Source: a virus
Taxonomy: Duplodnaviria; Caudoviricetes
Direction: 5' to 3' (one strand)
DNA: 64,000 nucleotides
Virus record (IMG/VR): IMGVR_UViG_3300033475_000012
Coordinates: 16,292 to 80,291 of that record
In this document: piece after piece, positions 11,701 to 19,800 of the stretch
Numbering within the stretch: the stretch's first letter is position 1
Layout: each line of letters opens with the position of its first letter
Translations under genes and position numbers: made by a program
The notes under the pieces: generated by a model
Databases searched by the model: none
What the model was told of the DNA's origin: nothing
What the model saw: the letters and a program-made list of their open reading frames with translations, nothing else

Positions 11701-13803
11701 CCCTTGCGCCTCTTTCATTTCGGCATAACTGGTATATCCTTGCGCTACGTTAAATGGAAGTTGTTCTGCTGTGCTTACTCCCACTTTTGCTAAGGCTCCT
11801 GCTATGGTAGGATTGGCTATATTCTTTGCCTTTAGCAACGTTCCGGAAGTAATGGCCATCATCAACACATTAGGCAGAAAATCTTTTGCAGCCTGATCCG
11901 CTGTTCTGGCTGCTGCGTCGGACTCGGAGATCATATGCCCATCCTTCGTCTTTGTGGTCAAAATCTGGTTATATGTCGAAAAGGCGCTCTGAGCAGTAAA
12001 CAGTCCGGCATTAGCGAGCCAACCGATATATTCCGGCACTCCTTCACCCCCGGTAGCTACCCCTACAGCGACACCTCCTGCCAATGCAGGCACAGATGCC
12101 CCTAATTTAGATAGATAGAAATTTTTATTTAGCAAAGACTCCCACCCTTTCCAATTCCATGTAGCGGCGACATCAGATTGAGACGCTTGCGGTGCGGCTA
12201 CATCTTTAGCCTCAAACCATCTTACATTGTCTCCGCCCCACCCTGTTCTACCGAAGAACCACTTAGTCATCCCTTCAATCATATCATTGGCGGAAGACTT
12301 TAACGAGCCGAAGAAAGCTCCTTCAGCCTTAGCCCTTTCATTTGCCGATCTTTTCCATGCTTCATTATTCTCAGCCCCCATTTGTTTAGCTACATCGTCT
12401 TGCTGTTTTCTATAATCTTCTAACAACTTTTTATATTGATCCTCTGGCATGGAAGCTAATCCCGGCGTTCCATCACTATAAACAGTATAAGAAGGATGCT
12501 CTTTTCTTAGTCCATCTACCAGGAATTTATCGTATTGTTTTTGGGCGTCTAAAGACACCTTATTTACCTCACTTTCATAATTATTGGTAATGGATTTTAA
12601 TTCAGGGTTCTGTTCAATTTCTGCTACCATTTGCTTTCTGGCCACATCGTCCTCCATCTTTCCGTCATGGACCAACTGAGCGTATTTTTCCTGAATGTCT
12701 TTCATCATAGGACTACGCATCATAATCCCATTCGATCCGTAATATTTATCCTTTATCTGAATGTAAGATTTGTCTGCATCTACTTTAACCTTGGTCTTTA
12801 CATCATTTACATTGGCATGTGAAAAATAGTCGTTAACTTCTTCGTTGGCTTTTAATGCGGCTTGAATCTGTGGATGATCTTTAAAAAACTCAAGCGCCTT
12901 TTGTTGCTGTGCCTTTTGAATGGGAATAAGGTTTAACTGATCCAGAACCGACCTTCCAAGATCAAAATAATTCCTATTCTTTTTATCCAAATTCCCCGAA
13001 ACGGCCGCGTTGACAATAGGGTTATTTCGACGATTCATTTCCGCGTCTACCTTATCAAATACCCATTTGGCAGATATGGGCCGAAGCGTATGTGTCTTAG
13101 GATCAAACTCACTGTCGTCTACTAATCCCTTTAATTGATTAGCCAATTCTGGAACCAGAGAATTCTTTTCAAATTCATAGTTTTTTTGAATCTCCCCCTG
13201 ATAGAAGTCTCTTTGTGATCTCAGCTGAGCCATTCTATCCTTGTCTTCTCTCAAACCGGCTACACCCGGAACATGACTTTCCGCTCCCAGACTATATATT
13301 TGTCTGTCTAAATCTTGTTGTTTTTGCAGTAAGTATTGAGTAGATAGGCGAGAAGGTTCGTTTTGAAGTCGTTGAAGTCCTATCCCCTTATTGTTGATAA
13401 GGTCTTTAACCAAATCGGGAGTTAGGCCATCACCCTGAACCGGACCAACATCTTTTGCAGTAAGAGAATTATTCTTAAAATTGGCCGTTGGTGGTTTCTG
13501 ATCGGAAACCGAAGTACCTACAGGTTGTTCCGTCTGAACGAGTTTCGGTGAAGAAACCGAAGGAGCAGGAGAGCCAGTATCTTCTTTTTTTTTTACGCTA
13601 TCACCAGTTATCTTTTGTTCAAAATCCTTGTATGACCCTAGATTAAACTCTTTACCAACACCATCATAGAAGGCTTTTCTTTTGGCCGGATCGGCCAACT
13701 TTTGCCTAAACTCATCGTAGGTACCTACATTATAATCCTTAGACACAGCATCATATAAAAGTTGTGTCTTGGAAGGTGGTTGTATGTTTGTAGTGCCGCC
13801 CAT
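5707..13803 (-). CDS. giant internal virion / DNA-ejection protein (2698 aa)
   Basis: 8.1-kb ORF, helical and charged; N-terminal repeat LYDAVSKDYNVGTYDEF / FYDGVGKEFNLGSYKDF; position after two smaller ejection-type genes as in podoviruses. Confidence 0.75.
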   Translation of the reverse strand: MGGTTNIQPPSKTQLLYDAVSKDYNVGTYDEFRQKLADPAKRKAFYDGVGKEFNLGSYKDFEQKITGDSVKKKEDTGSPAPSVSSPKLVQTEQPVGTSVSDQKPPTANFKNNSLTAKDVGPVQGDGLTPDLVKDLINNKGIGLQRLQNEPSRLSTQYLLQKQQDLDRQIYSLGAESHVPGVAGLREDKDRMAQLRSQRDFYQGEIQKNYEFEKNSLVPELANQLKGLVDDSEFDPKTHTLRPISAKWVFDKVDAEMNRRNNPIVNAAVSGNLDKKNRNYFDLGRSVLDQLNLIPIQKAQQQKALEFFKDHPQIQAALKANEEVNDYFSHANVNDVKTKVKVDADKSYIQIKDKYYGSNGIMMRSPMMKDIQEKYAQLVHDGKMEDDVARKQMVAEIEQNPELKSITNNYESEVNKVSLDAQKQYDKFLVDGLRKEHPSYTVYSDGTPGLASMPEDQYKKLLEDYRKQQDDVAKQMGAENNEAWKRSANERAKAEGAFFGSLKSSANDMIEGMTKWFFGRTGWGGDNVRWFEAKDVAAPQASQSDVAATWNWKGWESLLNKNFYLSKLGASVPALAGGVAVGVATGGEGVPEYIGWLANAGLFTAQSAFSTYNQILTTKTKDGHMISESDAAARTADQAAKDFLPNVLMMAITSGTLLKAKNIANPTIAGALAKVGVSTAEQLPFNVAQGYTSYAEMKEAQGHPTDFFDYMQSDDFKDNVANAMIMGAGFSLIHAPGQYMHNLKNWQKLTTAEGDFKNQLSQNYALGQEMNGNGNYLRDALKLHTINIDVDGLNDEGKRQLIDLKNTLLYSTNLERNIKSGNLDRTNVNDLYQAHNLALADQHDYLSEQAQKEGNKTLAEVYKDKAKDYREQAKAAANGDAKGYYLMSSEGTPIFLSDKSFKDLESTGIIKQWMNEGTIKGAHFLDDPEFAQRYKDFVSAKGEAEISGKDLAEHGADLIEANKEKLGAFYFVAKSNPEEFFKTVSDQVHGIMRDSDGNPIKSDLPDAEKSAREQYGNDIVDMAKMLYPEAPKVESAVIKIGDKVYEGNDHGEAIEKARQAGEDVSQIDRERDGMFRTSDGRIITREEAMKEFGADHSEQLIKQGGTYAATEGKGKVGEGDQQAGGKEHPRVGAPREEEAQPPADRGNRRTDSTGQEIAPEDNITVSEMLDKKGVYKGQRGTFIQDGQTVIFKPENSNREYELGNINEVGGRSLKDFGIDTEKSVVDVSPEGKISVRGKDYVNPNEDPLKAIVHDKNGNVVAVKLETPDGQRRTFRGQVAEDLAYELTLKQISNEQPAFEQFLNENEGARKEMDNAGISVTPEGETVKVDEPVQREKIEPVKDISSPKIENDEKTEPNAPRSEGKQGGQESQGKGKGRPDGGTGKEVSGPLLTEKEGAEKSAPPAPPLPPSEPRVPKESPKDEFTSVRKERLREIKGAKELFSGRKKVKWTETYQNAMKNVLAMYPDKRLYEAMRSRVNDFVDRLNAGELFNPTSEDIAVFNVLRNETEKRMAEIPGWDSDNNLERMGAVATWATLSNDLYNIARVTNPEGETGRAMYMLQSEANIDPDEGLKLRRMELLAAKGGERLTPEELDESARLWEQERALMQKEADLKQRGMQETFDKQMADVKADYEKQLKTAREGRKLSKAEQREKTLKEKGKDFADRIRGGKMKGDQLTSVPFPGFKQTVNFVIEFIAQAVEKGATLAEAIDSFIKEHGGNKQQFTDNLLAVLDKQDMRAESFEKIKDFAENNGVMDVTNEMVGQNLIRDYINSHVGLHDANEILDVAANQLKTILPDVEKDRLLEAYLKQGDFKQMTKKQLESGFKDAKRQFDKLAKLEKDINDLKNKKDIFRRDSSKPLPEDKTIEAKERERKNLMDSMGIKITGEDKYKKSSYDQRAKSHNDRLNDISKSIEEKLSKGELSTDSEKALKKLKSQLDASGIVLDPTSALSQERTLDGGLSLLKSLQSEFNRNTSGDISKAADIRRSLQKAVDGFDTDKNESEQEIKLKRAKDKAKRDAEMYFKKIYNGEYEDEPVTVLSKTDAELLKLEREKNAIGQIYKNRQKTFQKDNKTRMRRAWEFLRGAEVAGLIGSPITFLKVAGSAVIRPTIETATKLTVGKLFEKIPTDFTKTVSERAKAGGEGSNVKQIERGWKAYLGQYSEDKIGKMYQDASDKYHKALGDFQDQEKEVNRIKYAVGKDTDEYRSAEKKLGQLQNAKNDALVNSVGYKMYDFISGKSLSEGWDVFLHRSTELERNMGNFDREAWDKRGEQALLSKRSLSDIDNWSYLINFFGRSHAALKNFSGRFSFSAGFMARLEYAVQNGVDVSKADKILELANESYQDFERGKYQESNAITDAWNSATNAVERIGTEGSKTRKLGEGLAYLMRADVAITRVPINMLYEGIMEYTLGALTGSWIAGKEYLKAKKIVLQSEWGENERAQFKKELGEQLQKMDADKAAAIVRAYRKGGFGLGIYALAVLGHAAFGGFAHKGQTAEDQKKLKRELETGVPEIKTSEIKIGDWVVPETAAKIMEHAPQLQSALFGLSLVQVYQNKIVDGESTARAVSDDALTHINHIMNSIPMIDKVAGPLAGGAIQSIQQKYASGQWQDVDQNGNPMKRKVFRPSDYLIHLPGFSKKGALSEGYYKQAVATQKAYRDQITEVETNTSLSKEEKAERRGQIMNEMNQQIDEIYRQNEENPE

Positions 13804-15252
13804 TTAAAATCCTTGTATAGTCTTTTTAGTTGGAGTTGTTGTTTGGATAGTTCCAGAACTACTAGATTCTGTAGTTTCTTCTTCGTCATCGGCTGATGCG
13901 TTAATCTCCTTTTCTGTTGCCGAAGTTCCCAGTACGTCTTTACCGAATCTCAACTTGAACTCATCTATGCCGAATTTCTGTACATTCTGTAATTTACCTC
14001 CTTGCCCACGAAATACGGCATATACTCTTTTGCCATCTTGACTAACCAATAGCTGATCTGGTGAATCTTCTACAGTTTTACCAACTACAGCCTTTTTCTT
14101 GGCGAAGTCTTTAAGGGTTCCGGCAGAAATAGGTAACGTATACACTACATCATCATTAATTAATCCACCCGGTATGTCTTTCGGAGCTTGACCGGCTGCA
14201 ATAGCATCGTTAACAAAAGTGTCTACAATTCCATTTAATGCGCCGGTCTGATCTTTTTTGGACATACTTTTAAGATGCTCCTTATATTTGGCTAATTCTT
14301 TTTGACCTCCTAACTTCATTTCCTCCAATACCTTGTCATACCCAAACTTAACCGCCATCTGACCCAATTTGTCCTTATTCTTCATAGCCTCCAATGCAAA
14401 TGGCTCTTGTTTGAATTCGGTCTTTGTGATTTTTTCGGGAGACATATACGACTTAACCATGTCGTCATAAAAAGCCTTAGCTGGATCGTTCGGATTTTTT
14501 TGTTTATAAGCATCCTGAACGTAAGCAGGCATACTATTAAACCGTTTTTGAACAGCAGATTGTATTGATCTTCCTTGCGCATCTTGTCCAAAATACATAT
14601 GGTCTATAATTCCTTGAAACCTGCTTGGATCAACTCTACTTCCGGTAACCGACTGAATAAACTTTTGATCAGGCGTCAAAGTATTACTGAAAAATGGGGT
14701 TTGAGAAAGTGTACTTGCTGTTTGCCCTATTTCTTCTGGCTTGAATAAAGAAGGCAGATCGAACGTATAATATTTTCGTTGGCCCAAAGGCTGTTTAAAA
14801 AACCCGTTGATCATGGCCTTATTCTCATCTGTATTCAGTGTAGGGTCTCTATCCAAAAAAGAACGGTGCGCCTGATCGAAAACTTGATCCTGCGCACTCT
14901 GAGTAGATTCGCTTCTTAGTTTACCAATCGCTTGTTCTATTTCCGGCAATCCACCTTGAAAGAATTTTTTTGGGTCAGAACCTATTTGTTTGAATATAGC
15001 CGCAGCCTGTTTTTGTAGATAGGGTCGATCCGCCGAAGCCACCTCCATCCCTTGTAAATCTCCTAATTGCTTATAGACACCAGCCAGATTTTGTTGAAAT
15101 AGATTGTATTTGCGCCAATCCATTTCTGCTTTTTGTTGAGCGGCTTGATTAGCCTGCCTAGCTAAAGAAGTGTTGTCAAAAAGGACCCTAGGCGATATTT
15201 CTCCGCCGCCCGGTTCTTTAACAATGGATTCTATTTCGGATAGTGTAGGCAT
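13804..15252 (-). CDS. putative internal virion/ejection protein (482 aa)
   Basis: Q/K/A-rich helical sequence; abuts the giant gene. Confidence 0.6.
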   Translation of the reverse strand: MPTLSEIESIVKEPGGGEISPRVLFDNTSLARQANQAAQQKAEMDWRKYNLFQQNLAGVYKQLGDLQGMEVASADRPYLQKQAAAIFKQIGSDPKKFFQGGLPEIEQAIGKLRSESTQSAQDQVFDQAHRSFLDRDPTLNTDENKAMINGFFKQPLGQRKYYTFDLPSLFKPEEIGQTASTLSQTPFFSNTLTPDQKFIQSVTGSRVDPSRFQGIIDHMYFGQDAQGRSIQSAVQKRFNSMPAYVQDAYKQKNPNDPAKAFYDDMVKSYMSPEKITKTEFKQEPFALEAMKNKDKLGQMAVKFGYDKVLEEMKLGGQKELAKYKEHLKSMSKKDQTGALNGIVDTFVNDAIAAGQAPKDIPGGLINDDVVYTLPISAGTLKDFAKKKAVVGKTVEDSPDQLLVSQDGKRVYAVFRGQGGKLQNVQKFGIDEFKLRFGKDVLGTSATEKEINASADDEEETTESSSSGTIQTTTPTKKTIQGF

Positions 15253-15253
15253 T

Positions 15254-16024
15254 TTACATACGTTCCCATGGGCTTACTACAGCACCGGGAGAATAACTAT
15301 TTGCATTAATTGTACCCACATCGGCAGCAGGAGAATTAGTCCCAGAAGGGGTTGTTGTGGCTATAGACGGCGTATTGGTTGCATAAGGCGCAGAGTATTG
15401 TGGCGCTTGTTGCTTTTGTCCATACAACTGATTCAACAAGCTCTTATATTGATTCCCCTGAAATCCGGACATTACCCCAGAAGCGATAGAATCAAAAGCC
15501 CCATATTCGTTTGCCGTATCCGTTTGCACGCTTGTTTGCAACTGCTTCAACTTAGCCTCGTATGGTTGAAGTTCATTTACCGCCCATGTCTTTTCTTTTT
15601 GTTCAGCTAGTTGCTTATTTACATCCATGAAATACCGGATGTTATTCATATGAGTTTCGGCATCCTGTGCTCCTATTTTGTTGATATTGTCATTATACCC
15701 TTGCAGGAGCATGGAAATATCGTTAGGAGTAGCACCGCCCATTTCCGCAGCCTTTACTCCTGTTCCAAGTCCACGTTCGGCCCCTTGGGTCAGATATTGC
15801 ATTTCAGAATACGGCAATCCTTGTCCCGCCATCTGTTCGGCTAAATTCCGGTTCTGGAAATATTCTCCTTGAACTTGCTCGAATGGCTGTTTCAGCGCGT
15901 CTAACTGCTTTTGATCCTTATGATGAGATATGGCACCACTAATCAACTTGCCAGCGCCAACGGCCACTGTGATGCCAGATGCTACCCACGTACGCATTAA
16001 TATCGGAGTGAAATCAGTTCTCAT
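15254..16024 (-). CDS. putative ejection (pilot) protein (256 aa)
   Basis: N-terminal Gly/Ala hydrophobic stretch (WVASGITVAVGAGKLISGAI) followed by a Q-rich coiled coil, as in podovirus small ejection proteins. Confidence 0.65.
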   Translation of the reverse strand: MRTDFTPILMRTWVASGITVAVGAGKLISGAISHHKDQKQLDALKQPFEQVQGEYFQNRNLAEQMAGQGLPYSEMQYLTQGAERGLGTGVKAAEMGGATPNDISMLLQGYNDNINKIGAQDAETHMNNIRYFMDVNKQLAEQKEKTWAVNELQPYEAKLKQLQTSVQTDTANEYGAFDSIASGVMSGFQGNQYKSLLNQLYGQKQQAPQYSAPYATNTPSIATTTPSGTNSPAADVGTINANSYSPGAVVSPWERM

Positions 16025-16496
16025 TTTTGACTGATTTTAGTTTAGGTCTTTTTTCAATAATCTCATCTTCGATCATATCTACCGCATCTTTTAACGCTTC
16101 GGGACTATCATCAACGGGCATTATATTGGTAGGATGACAGGTAGCAAATAAGCAATTTTCTTCAATGTATAATATTCGACGCGTTCCCGGTTCGGTAATC
16201 CCGAGATACGGGGCCTCCACTCTTTCCCACTTTTTCCCATTTACTTGTATCCAAGCTATCCCAGCTAGAACAAAAAATTGATGGCGGGAACGATGTATCT
16301 TGGACACAATAAGATCACCAGCTTTCATTAGGATCGTACGAGAATACAATCCGGGCGTGAACACATGCTGTAAAGGACAATCAGCCGGGGGATATTCCGA
16401 CATCTTTAATTCCAGTTCATCTATCCTATCATGATAGGATTTATCTGAAGCCAGAATTTGATCAAAATCTTGTATGGAAACGTTTGCAACTTCCAA
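16014..16496 (-). CDS. cupin-fold phage protein (160 aa)
   Basis: PLQHVFTPGLYSRTILMKAGDLIVSKIHRSRH...GITEPGTRR...TCHP matches a cupin family often seen beside podovirus ejection genes. Confidence 0.7.
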   Translation of the reverse strand: MEVANVSIQDFDQILASDKSYHDRIDELELKMSEYPPADCPLQHVFTPGLYSRTILMKAGDLIVSKIHRSRHQFFVLAGIAWIQVNGKKWERVEAPYLGITEPGTRRILYIEENCLFATCHPTNIMPVDDSPEALKDAVDMIEDEIIEKRPKLKSVKNEN

Positions 16497-16508
16497 TTGA
16501 TCAATTTG

Positions 16509-16853
16509 TTAGGTTAATGTATCAAAAACAAAGTTACCGCTGTTGATAAAATTAGTCAAAAAGCTCGATATATCGCTGGAAAATGTTGAGAATGCGGGTC
16601 TTAATTGAAGCAAAAGCACCGAAACCGGCCCCGGATTGACCTGCAAAACAGTGTACCCAGCAATATTCCCGTCTACCGTCCGGATAGCATAAGGTATAGT
16701 CCCTGGCACTACTTGGGAGGTCTGACTTTGGACATAGGCTTGAATAGCAAACCCGTCCTGATCTTTTACGGCAGGGATATTCGCTCGGGAATCGGCGATC
16801 ACTCCCCACATGAGACTTTGGTAATTGTCTGCGTATGTCAGATTGTATGTCAT
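16509..16853 (-). CDS. degenerate GNAT-like small virion-assembly protein (114 aa)
   Basis: IAGYTVL...VLLLQLRPAF resembles GNAT beta3/beta4 plus the motif A start but lacks the Gly loop; position like T7 gp13-type genes. Confidence 0.4.
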   Translation of the reverse strand: MTYNLTYADNYQSLMWGVIADSRANIPAVKDQDGFAIQAYVQSQTSQVVPGTIPYAIRTVDGNIAGYTVLQVNPGPVSVLLLQLRPAFSTFSSDISSFLTNFINSGNFVFDTLT

Positions 16854-19800
16854 TTCTTCGCTGTTCCGCTTTGGGTGTATAGATATTCGACGCTCTGCAA
16901 TTCCGAATAAACGCCTGCCTCATGGGGTACAAACCTACAGATAAAATACCGGCCAAATACTCTTTTACCCGCCGTATCGGTCAATGTGCTTCGATATAGC
17001 TTGTCGTCATTCGTGTTCGGTTGGGGGTAACTTGCCGTATTCCGGAGCACCGGCGCATAATACATATTCTCTTTCCGTTTAAAATAGTTCCAAGGGATAT
17101 AAGAAAATGATCCAGATTCTTCCGATGAAATAGCGTCTACCCTATAACCGTCATACACCGAATTAGGAGAGATGTTTTCCAGCACCTTTATAAACTCCTT
17201 GTCGGCATTCAAGACCCCATGAAAACAGGGGGTAACTTGTACGCCATAAAAGATACAGTACATCGGATTATCTGTATTATTATGGATATATGGGATACCT
17301 GCCGCAAAGGATAGTAATTCAAGTCCACTCTGCGACCCCTTCAACATTCCATAAGATTCTGGCGTCTGGCCAGTGAAACGGACGAATCTTTTTGATGGAA
17401 GATTGTAAATGATAGTTTCTTGATAAGCTAAGTTTACGTTCTGTTGGTTGTTCACATAGGACAAAGGATTATTGGAATTATTCCTTCTTGGCCGGAAAGT
17501 GATATATATATTATCCAGATCGGAATCAATACCAGCCATTACGTCAAACTTTTCAGGCATACTATGACTGTTGTTCCAGTTTTTTAATGTCTGTGTTTTC
17601 TTGCTAAAGTATGCTTTTATGAAACCTTCTTTCACTAAGTCAACGGAAGGACCCCATCCCATTTGAATAAAGGCTTCATTCTTGTAATCGAACCAAAAAA
17701 CAAACTTATCGTGGAACAGGATAGTTCCCGTATCTTCATAAGCACAACCAAATGCATCTCCTATCTTTTGATGAGGCAACCCTAGGTTATTATCCAGATT
17801 GGCTATTTGAATACCTTGGGCATTGGCATAAATATATTGATAGTTATAGTCAGTAATGAAGTAGTCATTCTCGCAAATGAACGCAACCAAATTCCTAAGC
17901 GCCTTGACAGCAACTATTCCGCCCGACTTGAAGTCTTTGAACACCTTTCGGTTAGTAGAACGGAATGTGCCTATGCCATTAAGGATTCCTTCACTTATAA
18001 AGTCATCCGATTTTATAGACTCATCAACATACCAAATTTGTTTTGCGTTGTCATTCTTAACGTTTTCTCTGCCGCCGCTGGTAATGTTTGATCCGAAGGT
18101 GTCGCTTATATTAGGACTTTCGAAAGGATGAGAAAAAAACTTGTCTCCTACGTTAGGTATAGTTATGTTTCTAGGATAAAGATAAGTATCCCAAAAGTTA
18201 AGATTTAACTGAGTGTAATAATTATAAACCGGCAGGTTGCTGCTGTAACCAGTAAAATCACATATTCGCCCGTTAACTATCGGATAGAACCCTCCATCTT
18301 CTCTGTAAATTAAAGTGTCGGATTGCAATGAAGGAGTATATAATTCAATCCAAAATCCGGTACTATTAATTAACTTATTTAACCTTGGATCATATAAGAC
18401 ATATAATGTGATCGATTGATTGTTTTGCTGGGTTGCCAGTGATATAGTAGTCGTAACCGTCCCACTAGTCACACTTGTAGATGCGGATGTCCCAAGATTA
18501 TTATTGACTATAGGAACGGTACTATTGTTTGGCAACAAGTTGGAATTGATAGCGGCCTGATTGTAATTTTGGCCTAAAATACGAAGGTCAATAGGATTAC
18601 CTGTGAGTAGGTTCCCATTACCATCATCTAAAAACAATATCCTATCTCCTAAAGTGAATTGATAATTAGCTAACGTCGAGAAATTTCTGGACAAATTGTA
18701 GTTGTATAGGCTATTGATAGTTATACTACAATATACGGCGCTGGAAACATCGGTCACCACATTACCACTGTTGTCAATATAGATTATGCTATCTCCCACC
18801 CATTGCAAGTAACTTTTTTCTCTCAGGTTCTTGCTAACTACCGGGCAGGCCCATTTAAAATCCGGATTGATCGTTCTAAAATCGAATGTAGAGTCAATAA
18901 GCAATTGAAGAAAAGTTGCTGCCGTGTCTTGCCTTTCAGTAAAAGATGTAACTGTAGCTACTCCAACAACATTAACAAAACTCATTCTTCCGGCCAAATC
19001 AGCCACCAACAAACCTCCTGAATAAGCTCCGCCATCTTTCAATGACATCTGGCTATAATTCTGTACCTGAATCAATAAGTTTAATGGTATAGGATAATTT
19101 CTAACCTGACAATAAACACAAGGCGCATTAGATTCGTCATAATGGTATAATGGTAAATATCCACATCCGGTTAAAGTAATAAGGAAGTTTCCACCGGCAT
19201 TCACATAAACATTGCTTACTCTCGGTTGAGACTGACCATTATGAATAATCAACGTAAATGTACCATCACTTCCGCTTACTACGGTTGCCCCGTCTTTAAT
19301 TGATATAGATATGTCTGAATAATTTATAGTTCCATCCAAAGACGTAACTTTCCCTGTATACAAAACCCGGTTGCAATCTCCAACAACGCCGTTATTATGA
19401 TCGGCCAAATAAGCTGTACCATTTATCCTATATCCCTCTCCTGCCTGACTTGTTTGGATATTGAAACTGACAGGATAAGAACAATTCAACCGAATGGTAA
19501 AATAAATATCACTAACGTCTGCGTGAGGCCCCCTATAAGAACCGAAATAAAATCCATTTTTGTCCGTAAATCCTCCTATGACATTGAAACCTTGGGTCAT
19601 GGTATAAGGAAACATCTCTACGCCAATAGGCGATCCTTGACTTTCCTGAAAATACCCTTCTATAAATCTCCATGACCCGGCACTAATGAATGGGCAATAC
19701 ACGTAAAACAAGTCCTCTCCGTTTCCCCAAACATCCACATCGCCAGAAGTACAGTCTATTTCCATCTCTTTAGACTGAGTAACTATTGTTCCTTGTTTTT

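Noticed and set aside
5707-13803. crAss-type virion RNA polymerase
   Set aside because: No catalytic Asp motif found by eye; not called, though a profile search is needed to exclude it.
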